Below are positions 23,618 to 33,184 of a stretch of DNA of 64,000 bases, piece by piece. Position 1 is the first letter of the stretch. Each line of letters opens with the position of its first letter. The position numbers were made by a program, and so were the translations under genes. The stretch spans positions 9,867-73,866 of the forward strand of contig CAIPHT010000005.1 of assembly GCA_903864935.1 (NCBI GenBank), in the 5' to 3' direction. A model generated the notes under the pieces. That model was not told where the DNA came from and searched no databases. It saw only the letters and a program-made list of their open reading frames with translations. The DNA comes from Candidatus Vogelbacteria bacterium. GTDB lineage: Bacteria > Patescibacteriota > Minisyncoccia > Phycocordibacterales > XYD1-FULL-46-19.

Positions 23618-24718
23618 TTACTTTAATCCTTCAAGAAATTCAAAAACTTTTTCGTTTACAATTAGACCGGCGGCGTAGGAGCGAAGGCGGTCTTCGGGGA
23701 CATCTTTATATTGATTCTTGAGATAATCTACTTCGTTCTTTAATTCATCTTCAGGTGCAGTGATTCCTTCTAAGTGGGCGATCTCGTTTAAGATGAGACC
23801 GAAGGCGACACGCTCACGGGCTTGCTTCTCCCAGGAGTCGCGCAATTCCTCACGAGTTTTCTTAAGATGAGTGAGATAATCTTCGAAGTCCATACCCATA
23901 TAGCCAATTTGCCCTTCCATCTCGGCCAGCATCTTGTCTTTCTCGTTCTCGATGAAGACTTTCGCCATCTTGATCTCAGACTTGGCAATCACGCCCTCGA
24001 TAATCCCAACTCGTCTCTTGTCCTTGGCTTTATTAGCCTTCTCGAGAGCCAGATTTTCTTTAATTTTGGCTTTTAGCTCATCAAGAGTCTCAAATTGGCC
24101 GAGACTTTTGGCAAAATCATCATTAAGCTCGATTTCATGTCCCGCTTCCGCAGAATGCTCCGGCGAGGCGAGGTCACATTTCTCGCCCTCTTTGTGCTCG
24201 TGGTGGCTATGCTCGGCGCTCGAACGGCTTTTGCGTAATTCTTCGAGGACGTTGGTAATTTCTTCTTCTTTGACGGCCAAAGGCGAGTCCTCAAGTGAGC
24301 CCGAGGTCTCTCCTTGGGTCGTCACGGTGTTCTTGGCAATCGCTTTATAATCCCCAATTTTTACCTCCGGCATAATAGCGGTATTGATCTTGAAGCCGAG
24401 CGGGTTGCCGGGAGCGAGCTTGGTAATAGTAATCTCGGGGCGGCCAAGCGCCATAATTTTATTGTCGGTAATTATCTGCAAGTACATCTCGGAGATTGCC
24501 TGCTGAGCCATTTCCCAGAGAATTTTTTCTTCACCCAACTTCTCAACAAGAACGTTCTCGGGGATGTGGCCAGGGCGGAAGCCGTCTAACTTAGCATCTT
24601 GGCCCAGAGTTTTGAGGGCTTTCTCTCGATAGGGGGCAAATTCGGTGACGGCTAATTCGCCAGTGATTTCGAGTTCACCTTCTTCAGCCGGATTTATTTT
24701 AAGATCGGTAATTGTCAT
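23618..24718 (-). CDS. tig: trigger factor (short form, 366 aa)
   Basis: N-terminal ribosome-binding domain with the GFRPGHIP signature (cf. GFRKGKVP), followed by a PPIase-like and C-terminal helical region. Near clpP, as in the conserved tig-clpP neighbourhood. Confidence 0.7.
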   Translation of the reverse strand: MTITDLKINPAEEGELEITGELAVTEFAPYREKALKTLGQDAKLDGFRPGHIPENVLVEKLGEEKILWEMAQQAISEMYLQIITDNKIMALGRPEITITKLAPGNPLGFKINTAIMPEVKIGDYKAIAKNTVTTQGETSGSLEDSPLAVKEEEITNVLEELRKSRSSAEHSHHEHKEGEKCDLASPEHSAEAGHEIELNDDFAKSLGQFETLDELKAKIKENLALEKANKAKDKRRVGIIEGVIAKSEIKMAKVFIENEKDKMLAEMEGQIGYMGMDFEDYLTHLKKTREELRDSWEKQARERVAFGLILNEIAHLEGITAPEDELKNEVDYLKNQYKDVPEDRLRSYAAGLIVNEKVFEFLEGLK

Positions 24719-24726
24719 AGACTATA

Positions 24727-24879
24727 TTATTGGATTGGTAATTCCTGAGTGGTTGTGGCGGTCTGGTCAGTAGAACTTTGGTTATAGAGTTGGCCGAAGA
24801 CGAGATACCAACCACCAAAGAAGATGGCCACGACGAGGAGAGCAATAATGACGGCGATATTTGTGTGTTCTTTGTCCAT
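24727..24879 (-). CDS. small membrane protein (50 aa), possibly translationally coupled to nusA
   Basis: ATG 2 nt after the nusA stop; one TM helix (IAVIIALLVVAIFFGGWYLVF). Below the ORF-track size cutoff. Confidence 0.3.
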   Translation of the reverse strand: MDKEHTNIAVIIALLVVAIFFGGWYLVFGQLYNQSSTDQTATTTQELPIQ

Positions 24880-24881
24880 AT

Positions 24882-26009
24882 TTAATTTGGGGTTTCTTCC
24901 TCTTCTTCACTTTCTTCGACTTCAGGAGAGCTAATGTCGATCTTCCAGCCGGTTAATTTGGCCGCGAGACGAGCATTTTGCCCACCTTTACCAACCGCGA
25001 GAGAGAATTGGTCGGCATCCACTTCAATTTGGGCCTCCTTATTTTCCTCATCAAGAGAGAGGCTGTTGACCTTAGCTGGAGAAAGGGCGTTGGCGATGAA
25101 GGTCTCTGGAGCCTCGGACCATTCAATTATATCAATTTTCTCACCCCCAAGCTCGTTGATGACGGCTGTGACACGAGCACCTCGTTGACCGACACAAGAA
25201 CCCACCGGGTCAATGTTGGGAGCATTAGAAGCAACGGCGACCTTAGAACGAGAACCGGCTTCACGAGCGACGGCCTTGATTTCTACTACCCCGCTAGCAA
25301 TTTCTGGAGCTTCGGCGGAGAAGAGGAGTTCAACAAATTTAGGATGAGAACGGGATAGGCGAAGGTTGATACCACGGGGGGTCTCTTCTACTTGATAGAG
25401 ATAAGCGCGAATACGCTCACCGGGGCGATAGAATTCGCCTGGGATTTGGTCGTCACGCAAGAGGACACCAACGGCGCGACCGAGGTCGACGAAGACTGTC
25501 CCACGATCTACCTTCTGAACTGAACCGCTCAAAATAACACCAACTTGGTCTTGGTATTCGCCTAGAGTGCTTTCTTTCTCGGCTTCGCGGAGACGTTGGA
25601 TAATAACTTGTTTGGCTGTCTGAGCAGCGATACGGCCATAATCATCCTTAGTTTCTAATGGGAAGACGACTTCGTCCCCAACTTGAGAATCTTTTTTAAT
25701 TTTCTTGGCGTCTTCTAAGGTAATGTGGTGCTCAGAATTGAATTTTGGACGCTCATCATCATCGTCCTCTCTCTCTTCATCATCCATGCGAGCGGTAGTG
25801 GCGTCGGCCACAATTTTGACCTGATAGAAGCTGGTGACACCGGTCTCGAGGTCGAATTTGGCCCTAATAATCTGGCCTTTTTTGCCATAGTCCTTCTTAT
25901 AGGCAGCAACAAGAGAATCCTCAATGGCCGTGAGGATTTTCTCTTTAGGAATGTGACGCTCCTCTTCCATTTGGTCGAGGCCGGCGCGTAGAGCTTTAAG
26001 ATCAATCAT
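24882..26009 (-). CDS. nusA: transcription termination/antitermination factor NusA
   Basis: N-terminal domain, an acidic insert (DDEEREDDDDER), S1 and two KH domains (GxxG motifs), 375 aa. Confidence 0.9.
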   Translation of the reverse strand: MIDLKALRAGLDQMEEERHIPKEKILTAIEDSLVAAYKKDYGKKGQIIRAKFDLETGVTSFYQVKIVADATTARMDDEEREDDDDERPKFNSEHHITLEDAKKIKKDSQVGDEVVFPLETKDDYGRIAAQTAKQVIIQRLREAEKESTLGEYQDQVGVILSGSVQKVDRGTVFVDLGRAVGVLLRDDQIPGEFYRPGERIRAYLYQVEETPRGINLRLSRSHPKFVELLFSAEAPEIASGVVEIKAVAREAGSRSKVAVASNAPNIDPVGSCVGQRGARVTAVINELGGEKIDIIEWSEAPETFIANALSPAKVNSLSLDEENKEAQIEVDADQFSLAVGKGGQNARLAAKLTGWKIDISSPEVEESEEEEETPN

Positions 26010-26161
26010 AATTTATTTATTATCTTTTAAAAAAAATGGTCCGTTGGGACACAACAGACGACTGATATAATAATAATACTTTTAGGTAATATGTCAAACT
26101 TATCAACAGTTTCTACTCTAACTGATTGTCCTTCTCTTAATTTCTGCGATATAATTAAATT

Positions 26162-26443
26162 ATGGAATTTTCCCAACCAAATTTTCCTGTGGTCAATAAC
26201 CCAGGCAAGCGACATCTTGGTTTGATTGTGTCTATGGTTGTTGTTTTGGTTGTGGCCGTGATTCTTCTTATACTATTGAATGGTAAGGCAAGCTTACCTG
26301 AATCTTCCCCAGCAATTTCTTCTGAAACTTCTCTCACAGAAGAACAACAAACAATAATGACGCAGAATCTGAGCCAAAAAGTTGAACCTTTAACTTCCTC
26401 ACAAAAAAATAATATGGCCAAGAATTTGGGAGCTGTTCAATAA
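26162..26443 (+). CDS. small membrane-anchored hypothetical protein
   Basis: One TM helix (LGLIVSMVVVLVVAVILLILL), immediately upstream of the pilus locus. Confidence 0.35.
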   Translation: MEFSQPNFPVVNNPGKRHLGLIVSMVVVLVVAVILLILLNGKASLPESSPAISSETSLTEEQQTIMTQNLSQKVEPLTSSQKNNMAKNLGAVQ

Positions 26444-26482
26444 ATATTAAGTCAAAATTTATTATTAACTATTTTAAAAAAA

Positions 26483-27721
26483 ATGTTTACAAAAAATATT
26501 AATCTGCTCCTTTTGATCCTCATCATCGCTCTCTTCCTCATCGTCGGTCAGAATGTTTTTGCTGCCACTGTCGAGCAAAATTATCCTTGGACCGCGCCAC
26601 AGAGCACCCCTCCTGATTGTTATCCTAGTAAAGATGGCCTTGGCTGTTTCTCTCCTGTGAATGTTGGCAATGTCCTTCAAATTAAAGCTGGGAGCCTTGG
26701 TTTGGGTGGTGATTTGGGCTTGACTCCTGATAAAGCCGTTGATTTTGCTTCAACCTTAGCGATGCCGGGAGAGCGTGCTAATTATGCTGGTCGCATTGCC
26801 TATAAGAAGAGTTACGATTTGGATTGGAACGGTGTCGCTCCTTATACCGAGGTCCATACCGGAGTGCTTCGTAGTCTCCTGAACATTATTGGTGGCGGGA
26901 TGAGAGAAGGTGACCGCTTGGTGAAGATTTGGGATAATCTTGATGTGGTAGGGACAACAACGACCGGCAGTCTCTATGCTCAAAATTACTATGTTTGTAA
27001 TAGCTCGGGAGCTTGTAGTCCACTTACTACCTCTTCTGGCTCAACCAATTTTTGGACGGCTCTTGGTACAGATGCTATTACCAGCGCTCGTCGCGTTTTT
27101 GTGAATAGTAGTTCTGAAGTTTCTGGAGCTGGTGGTTCTACTTTTCAGGTTAAATTAGCAAATTCAGTTAACAATGGTTTGGCTTTTCAAACAGCTGATG
27201 GCTCTAAGACTTGGCGTTTTATCTTCGGTCGGGCTAATGTTGCTGGGGACACTAATCCTGGAGGTTTTAGTATCTACAACGGTATTTCCAATGTTTTCAA
27301 TATCAAGGACCCTAATTCTAACTCACACAATGCCAGTAACGTTGTTATAACGAGCGGTCTGGTTTTGAGTAATGGTCTGTTAAATAAGGGTGAGCCAGAA
27401 GCAGCCGCCGGAGAGTTGTGTTTAGGTGGGGTGTGTAAAAATGCTTGGCCTTCAGCCTCTGCTCCCGTGGTGAAGAGATGTGTCTATTATTTAGATGGGA
27501 GGGCAAATCAGGCCGCAGATTGTCCTGCTCCTAGCTATTCTGCTTCTTCTGACTCTGGCACGATGTATTGTCCTGCTGGTTATACTGTCATGAGTGGTGG
27601 GGTCGCTTGTTCCAAGGGCAATAGAATTGAATCGAGTGTTCTTACCTCAACAAATTCTTGGTTTGTTAATTGCCAGAATTCAATCGTGAGCGCCTCAATT
27701 TCTTGCCTCAAGACTAATTAG
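26483..27721 (+). CDS. secreted Cys-rich protein, hypothetical (possible pilus-associated adhesin)
   Basis: N-terminal signal/TM, Gly/Ser/Thr-rich beta-like body, and a Cys-rich C-terminal ~90 aa. Terminator 27740-27775 follows. Sits directly before pilB. Confidence 0.5.
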   Translation: MFTKNINLLLLILIIALFLIVGQNVFAATVEQNYPWTAPQSTPPDCYPSKDGLGCFSPVNVGNVLQIKAGSLGLGGDLGLTPDKAVDFASTLAMPGERANYAGRIAYKKSYDLDWNGVAPYTEVHTGVLRSLLNIIGGGMREGDRLVKIWDNLDVVGTTTTGSLYAQNYYVCNSSGACSPLTTSSGSTNFWTALGTDAITSARRVFVNSSSEVSGAGGSTFQVKLANSVNNGLAFQTADGSKTWRFIFGRANVAGDTNPGGFSIYNGISNVFNIKDPNSNSHNASNVVITSGLVLSNGLLNKGEPEAAAGELCLGGVCKNAWPSASAPVVKRCVYYLDGRANQAADCPAPSYSASSDSGTMYCPAGYTVMSGGVACSKGNRIESSVLTSTNSWFVNCQNSIVSASISCLKTN

Positions 27722-27815
27722 AGAGTAAAAATTTATCAAAACAAAAAAGAGCGGACTTATCCGCTCTTTTTTGTTGGGAATAAAAAATATTTGCGTTATA
27801 ATTTAGGTAAAGTTT

Positions 27816-29576
27816 ATGCTAGTTAGTTTGGAAAGTTTAAAAAATTTTTTGATCGACGCGCGTCTCATCACGTTGCGAGATTTTGATGCGGTGATGACCG
27901 AAGCGGGAGGAGATTCTCGCCGGGCGGAGGACTTACTTTTGAGCAAGGGACTCTTGACCGAGGACGATCTGCGTCGAGCCAAGTCTTATATTTTGGGCAT
28001 CCCTTTTGTGAATTTGAGCAAAGAGCGCATCCCTAAAGAAGTTCTCTTTTTAATTCCTGAGCCAATTGCTCGTAAGCACAATATTGTCGCTTACAAGAAA
28101 GGGACCGATACACTTGAGGTGGCTATGCTTGACCCGCTTGATCTGGAGTCAATTGATTTTGTGAAGAAGGGGACGGGGCTTAAGATTTTGCCTCGTTTAA
28201 CCGACAATGAGTCGATCAAGAGCATCTTGGTTCAATACCAGAAGAGTCTTAAGGCGGAGTTCGGCGATTTGATCCAGAAGGAGTCTCTTGCGATTAAGAA
28301 TCAGGCCAGCGGTGCTCCTCTTGAGGAGCCAACGGGTGATGATCTTAAGAAATTGGCCGAGGGGTTGCCGGTGGTGCGTATTGTCGATTCGCTCTTAGAG
28401 CATGCCATTATGCAGAAGGCCTCGGATATTCATATTGAACCATTCGAGAATGAATTGGTTATTCGTTATCGTATTGATGGAGTTTTGCATGATGCGATGA
28501 TTTTGCCTAAGGAGACGGCCTCGGGAATTGTCGCTCGTATTAAAGTCTTGGCCAATTTGCGCTTGGATGAGAAACGTTTGCCTCAAGATGGACGTTTCAA
28601 GACAACGAGCCATGGGGCCAACGTTTCTTATCGTGTCTCGACTTTGCCAATTCAATTTGGTGAGAAGGTGGTGATGCGTCTTCTCCCCGACTCTGTCCAT
28701 GGTCTGACTCTTGAGTCTGTCGGCTTCCATGGTGAAGGCTTAGAGAAAATTCAGAAAGCAATTCAGCGCACAACAGGTATGCTCTTAGTGACGGGGCCAA
28801 CTGGTTCGGGTAAGTCTACCACTCTTTATGCGCTCTTAGATATTCTTAATACCCCAGATGTTAATATCTCTACGGTTGAGGATCCGGTCGAGTATCAGAT
28901 CAAACGCGTTAATCAAACACAGGTTCGTCCGGATATTGGTCTGACCTTTGCCAGTGGTTTGCGTACCCTTGTTCGCCAGGACCCGGACATCATTATGGTG
29001 GGGGAAATTCGCGATCAAGAGACGGCGAGTCTTGCGATTAACGCTTCTCTTACTGGTCACTTGGTGCTCTCGACTCTCCATACCAACTCGGCGGCGGGGA
29101 CTATCCCACGCTTGCTTGATCTTGGGGCCGAGGCTTTCTTGCTTGTCTCAACGGTTGAGGTTATCGTCGCTCAGCGTTTGGTGCGTAAGCTCTGTGAACC
29201 GAAGGAGCCTTATGTTATGACCGAGGCAGAGCTCAAGTCTTTTGGTGAGAAGGCCGACCTGCCTAAGGTTCTCGCCTGTTTAAAAAAAGAAAATATTATT
29301 AAAGAGACAGATGATTGGGCTAACATTACTTTCTACCGTCCCAAAGAATTACCAGAATCGGCTCACCCCGATGGTTATGCTGGCCGCTTGGCTATTGTTG
29401 AGGTCTTGACCATGTCACGCATCTTAAGAGAGATGATTATTAAGAATGCTACCGCCGATGATCTTAATATCGAGGCTCGTAAGGAGGGGATGCTTACTAT
29501 GCTTGAGGACGGGCTCTTCAAGGCGGCGCAGGGTTTAACTTCGGTCGAAGAGATTTTGCGGGCGGTGACAGAATAA
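27816..29576 (+). CDS. pilB: type IV pilus assembly ATPase PilB (GspE family)
   Basis: N-terminal GSPII_E_N-like region, Walker A GPTGSGKSTT, Asp/His boxes, and a tetracysteine-free C-terminus; 586 aa. Confidence 0.9.
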   Translation: MLVSLESLKNFLIDARLITLRDFDAVMTEAGGDSRRAEDLLLSKGLLTEDDLRRAKSYILGIPFVNLSKERIPKEVLFLIPEPIARKHNIVAYKKGTDTLEVAMLDPLDLESIDFVKKGTGLKILPRLTDNESIKSILVQYQKSLKAEFGDLIQKESLAIKNQASGAPLEEPTGDDLKKLAEGLPVVRIVDSLLEHAIMQKASDIHIEPFENELVIRYRIDGVLHDAMILPKETASGIVARIKVLANLRLDEKRLPQDGRFKTTSHGANVSYRVSTLPIQFGEKVVMRLLPDSVHGLTLESVGFHGEGLEKIQKAIQRTTGMLLVTGPTGSGKSTTLYALLDILNTPDVNISTVEDPVEYQIKRVNQTQVRPDIGLTFASGLRTLVRQDPDIIMVGEIRDQETASLAINASLTGHLVLSTLHTNSAAGTIPRLLDLGAEAFLLVSTVEVIVAQRLVRKLCEPKEPYVMTEAELKSFGEKADLPKVLACLKKENIIKETDDWANITFYRPKELPESAHPDGYAGRLAIVEVLTMSRILREMIIKNATADDLNIEARKEGMLTMLEDGLFKAAQGLTSVEEILRAVTE

Positions 29577-29582
29577 ATTTAA

Positions 29583-30812
29583 ATGACAATGATTAACTTT
29601 TCCTATCGAGCAAAAAAAGAGGATAACGAAGAGGTTGTTGGGGAGCGACAGTCTACTGATCGCTTTGCTTTGGCTCGCGAATTGCGGAGTGAAGGCCTAA
29701 CAGTTATTTCGGTTAATGAGATAAGGGCTAATCGAGGGTTTAATCTTCTTTCCAGTTTTAATATCTTTGGGCACCGAGTTAAGTTAAAAGATAAAATTAT
29801 TTTTGCCAGTAACTTAAGTGCGATGTTATCAGCGGGCCTCTCTTTGTCGCGAGCGCTCACCGTTCTTTCTAAACAGACTAACAGCAAACATTTCAAAGAA
29901 ATTATTGATCAAGTCGGTCAGAAGATAAATAAGGGTGATAGTTTTAGTCGTGCCCTCTCATCTTATCCTAAGGTTTTTCCTGAAGTCTTTGTGGCAATGG
30001 TGGAGGCAGCCGAGGAGTCAGGTAAGCTGGCTGAGGCTCTTAAATTAATTGCTGAACAATTGGATAAGAGTTATGGTCTTAGGCGCAAGATTATGGGGGC
30101 GCTTATTTACCCGGCGGTTATTGTGGTGGCGATTGTGGTAATTGGAATTTTAATGATGGTCTTCTTAATCCCAACCTTGTCGGCCACCTTCCGTGAGCTT
30201 AATGTTCCCTTACCAATAACAACGAAGTTGGTCATTGGGCTGTCTGATTTTCTCGTTAATAACCTTTTGCTGGTTGTTGGTCTAATTTTTGCCGTGGTTG
30301 TTTCGACAGTGATTACTTTGCGCTCGACTTGGGGGCAAAGGTATGCCTCGTTGGTCTTTTTGCATGTCCCCTTTATTAATAATCTGACTCGTCAGTCTAA
30401 TTCGGCCACTGTTTTGCGAACAATTTCTTCGCTTATTGCGGCTGGTGTCAGTATGACCGAGACAATTGAGATCACAGCACGCGTTGTTCAGAATCATTAT
30501 TACCGTGAAGTTTTAATTGAGGCTTACGATAAAGTGCAGAAAGGTTTCTCTCTCTCTGCTGTTTTTGCCGCCCATCAAAATCTTTTCCCTATTTTTGCTA
30601 GCGAAATGGCCGCCGTGGGTGAAGAGACAGGGCAATTGCCCGAACTTCTGCTCAAAGGGGCCCTTTTCTTCGAAGATGAGGTTGATCAGGTAACGAAGAA
30701 CTTGTCGACAGTTATTGAACCAGTCTTGATGATTGTCATTGGTGTGGCGGTCGGCTTTTTTGCCATCTCGATGATTGGCCCAATGTATTCTCTTTCCAAT
30801 GCTATTAAATAA
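29583..30812 (+). CDS. pilC: type IV pilus platform protein PilC (GspF family)
   Basis: Two T2SSF repeats with three TM segments, 409 aa, directly after pilB. Confidence 0.9.
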   Translation: MTMINFSYRAKKEDNEEVVGERQSTDRFALARELRSEGLTVISVNEIRANRGFNLLSSFNIFGHRVKLKDKIIFASNLSAMLSAGLSLSRALTVLSKQTNSKHFKEIIDQVGQKINKGDSFSRALSSYPKVFPEVFVAMVEAAEESGKLAEALKLIAEQLDKSYGLRRKIMGALIYPAVIVVAIVVIGILMMVFLIPTLSATFRELNVPLPITTKLVIGLSDFLVNNLLLVVGLIFAVVVSTVITLRSTWGQRYASLVFLHVPFINNLTRQSNSATVLRTISSLIAAGVSMTETIEITARVVQNHYYREVLIEAYDKVQKGFSLSAVFAAHQNLFPIFASEMAAVGEETGQLPELLLKGALFFEDEVDQVTKNLSTVIEPVLMIVIGVAVGFFAISMIGPMYSLSNAIK

Positions 30813-32574
30813 TAAGAAAAAGGGTTTCACTCTTATTGAGTCGATGGTCGCGACTGTTATTTTTGCGATGTTGGCGGTGGGGGTTTATCAGGCCCTTGGG
30901 AGCCTGGCGAGCCTTGTCCAGATGTCTAAACTTAAGGCGGCGGCTATTGCTTTGGCCAACGAGCAATTAGAAGTGGCGCGTAATTTGCCATATTCGGATG
31001 TTGGTATTGCTGGTGGTTGGCCCGTGGGGAAGATCCCTTACCAGAAGACAGATGTTAGGAGTGGGGCTAATTTTATTGTGACAACTACGGTTCGCGAAAT
31101 TGACGACCCTTTTGACGGGGTAATTGGCAGTTCGACGAAGAACGATCTTAACCCGGGCGATTACAAACTTGTCGCGGTGGAGATTACTTGTCCAACTTGT
31201 CTCCACTACTCGCCCTTAACCTTGACGGCTCAGGTGGCTCCGAAGAATTTAGAGACGAGTTCGGGTAACGGCGCTCTCTTTGTTCAGGTTATTGATGCCA
31301 ATGGTCAGGCGGTAGTGGATGCTGATGTTAAGGTGACGAGGGTTGTTGGTACGACCACGATGGTTATTCGAGATTCAACCAACAATGTTGGACTTTTGCA
31401 GTTGGTGGATTTGCCAACGGGAAATCTCGCTTATCGAGTTGAGGTGAGTAAGACCGGCTACTCGTCTGATCGAACTTATGCTGCGGGCGAGAATGGTCTG
31501 ACCAAACCAGCTAAGCCTAATGCCACGGTTCTGGCTGGGCAATTAACCCGTTTGACTTTGGTGATTGATAAACTTAGCAATTTGCAGGTTAAGACCATTG
31601 ACCAGTATTGTCAGCCCGCTGGACCCTTCTCCTTCCGTTTACAGGGGAGCAAATATATGGACGCTGATAATACTATCTTGCGCTATAGCCAGAACCTAAC
31701 CGTCCCTGTTGCCGGCCTTCTCAATCTTATTAATATGGAGTGGGATACTTATAAATTTACTCCCAATGATAGTGCTTGGGCGATTGTCGGGTCTTTTCCC
31801 TTGCAATCAGTACTCTTACCTCCAGGGGTGACGAGTGAGGTTAAGTTGCTCCTGGCCCCGCCGTCTGGCCGTGGACTCTTGGTGTCGGTGAAGGATGGCT
31901 CAACTCGTCTTCCTTTGTCTGATGTTACGGTCACTCTTAGTAAGGTGGGGGAGACAAGCAAGTCGCAAGGCACAAGCCGAGGCTTCTTCAGAGATACCGA
32001 CTGGTCTCTCGGCAGTGGGACAACTGATGGCAATATCGAAATTAATAATCCGGCCGGTGATATAAAATTAAAAAATACTCTCGGTCTCTACGCCAGTAGC
32101 GGTTATTTGATTTCTCGAGTTTTTGATGCAGGGACCGCCTCGACAACTTTTTATAATTTGAATTGGCAACCGGCTGATCAAGCCTCATCAACGGGCTCGG
32201 GTAGCGTTCGCCTTCAACTGGCTTCAAGCAATGATCCGGCAACTACAACTTGGAATTTTGCTGGTCCGGATGGAACAGCAAGCACCTTCTACACTGTCTC
32301 GGGCAGCAATATAAATGTTCAACATAATAACAAGCGCTATCTGCGCTATAAAATTTTCTTAGCTACGACGAACCGTAGTTTCACCCCTAATATCTCAGAA
32401 ATTACGGTTACCTATAGTTCCGAATGTTTACCTTTTGGCCAGGTCTTCTTTTCCGATTTAAGTCTTGGGACTTATAATTTACTAACTCAAAAGACGGGCT
32501 ACCAAGCTTATAATGGTTCGGTAACAATGAGCAGCAATTGGCAGATTTTAGAGATAACTCTTAATCCGCAATAA
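30799..32574 (+). CDS. large prepilin-like protein (N-terminal KKGFTLIESMVA class III signal; ~590 aa)
   Basis: Prepilin cleavage/methylation motif G|FTLIE with a hydrophobic helix, then a long beta-rich C-terminus. The ATG at 30799 overlaps the pilC stop. Confidence 0.7.
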   Translation: MLLNNKKKGFTLIESMVATVIFAMLAVGVYQALGSLASLVQMSKLKAAAIALANEQLEVARNLPYSDVGIAGGWPVGKIPYQKTDVRSGANFIVTTTVREIDDPFDGVIGSSTKNDLNPGDYKLVAVEITCPTCLHYSPLTLTAQVAPKNLETSSGNGALFVQVIDANGQAVVDADVKVTRVVGTTTMVIRDSTNNVGLLQLVDLPTGNLAYRVEVSKTGYSSDRTYAAGENGLTKPAKPNATVLAGQLTRLTLVIDKLSNLQVKTIDQYCQPAGPFSFRLQGSKYMDADNTILRYSQNLTVPVAGLLNLINMEWDTYKFTPNDSAWAIVGSFPLQSVLLPPGVTSEVKLLLAPPSGRGLLVSVKDGSTRLPLSDVTVTLSKVGETSKSQGTSRGFFRDTDWSLGSGTTDGNIEINNPAGDIKLKNTLGLYASSGYLISRVFDAGTASTTFYNLNWQPADQASSTGSGSVRLQLASSNDPATTTWNFAGPDGTASTFYTVSGSNINVQHNNKRYLRYKIFLATTNRSFTPNISEITVTYSSECLPFGQVFFSDLSLGTYNLLTQKTGYQAYNGSVTMSSNWQILEITLNPQ

Positions 32575-32578
32575 TAAA

Positions 32579-33184
32579 ATGATTAAAAAAGGTTTTACTC
32601 TTATCGAAATATTAGTTGTTGTTGGCATTTGTGCTGTCGTGGGCTTAGCTGTCTCCAACTTTGGGCGAGATATTTTTGTGCAGAATTATGTTGTGTCCAA
32701 ATCGCTGGTGGCACAAAGTGATGCCAATATGGCGATTTCTCGCATGATGACCGAGCTTCGTCGGGCTCAGCCAGCTTCGAATGGGGCTTACCCAATAGAG
32801 GCGGCGGCTTCCTCGACCATTACATTTTATAGTGACGTTGATAATAATGGCATAAGAGACAGAATCCGTTATTGGCTTGAGGGTAAGGTTTTGAAGCGAG
32901 GGGTTATACGCCCGACAGGTCAACCCTACGTTTATCTTCAAAGTAATGAGAGCATCGGGACAGCCGCTAACGATCTTGTTAACTCAAACGGTTTAATTTT
33001 TAGTTACTATGACAAGAATTATGACGGCACCGCTTCGAGTTCGCCCCTTTCTTATCCGATTGACCTCAAGGCCGTACGTTTGATTAAAGTTGAATTATTA
33101 ATTGATGCCAACCCGACTCGTTCACCGGCTCCGCTCTACTTGAGTAGTCAAGTGATGCTTCGTAATTTGAAAGATAATTTATGA
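32579..33184 (+). CDS. type IV pilin / pseudopilin-like protein
   Basis: MIKKGFTLIEILVVVGICAVVGLAV is a class III signal peptide; 201 aa. Confidence 0.7.
   Translation: MIKKGFTLIEILVVVGICAVVGLAVSNFGRDIFVQNYVVSKSLVAQSDANMAISRMMTELRRAQPASNGAYPIEAAASSTITFYSDVDNNGIRDRIRYWLEGKVLKRGVIRPTGQPYVYLQSNESIGTAANDLVNSNGLIFSYYDKNYDGTASSSPLSYPIDLKAVRLIKVELLIDANPTRSPAPLYLSSQVMLRNLKDNL

Noticed and set aside
30775-30801. TTG start at 30775 for the large pilin
   Set aside because: The ATG at 30799 gives the canonical prepilin leader (MLLNNKKKG|FTLIE). The TTG extension would add a hydrophobic peptide before the leader and overlap pilC further.
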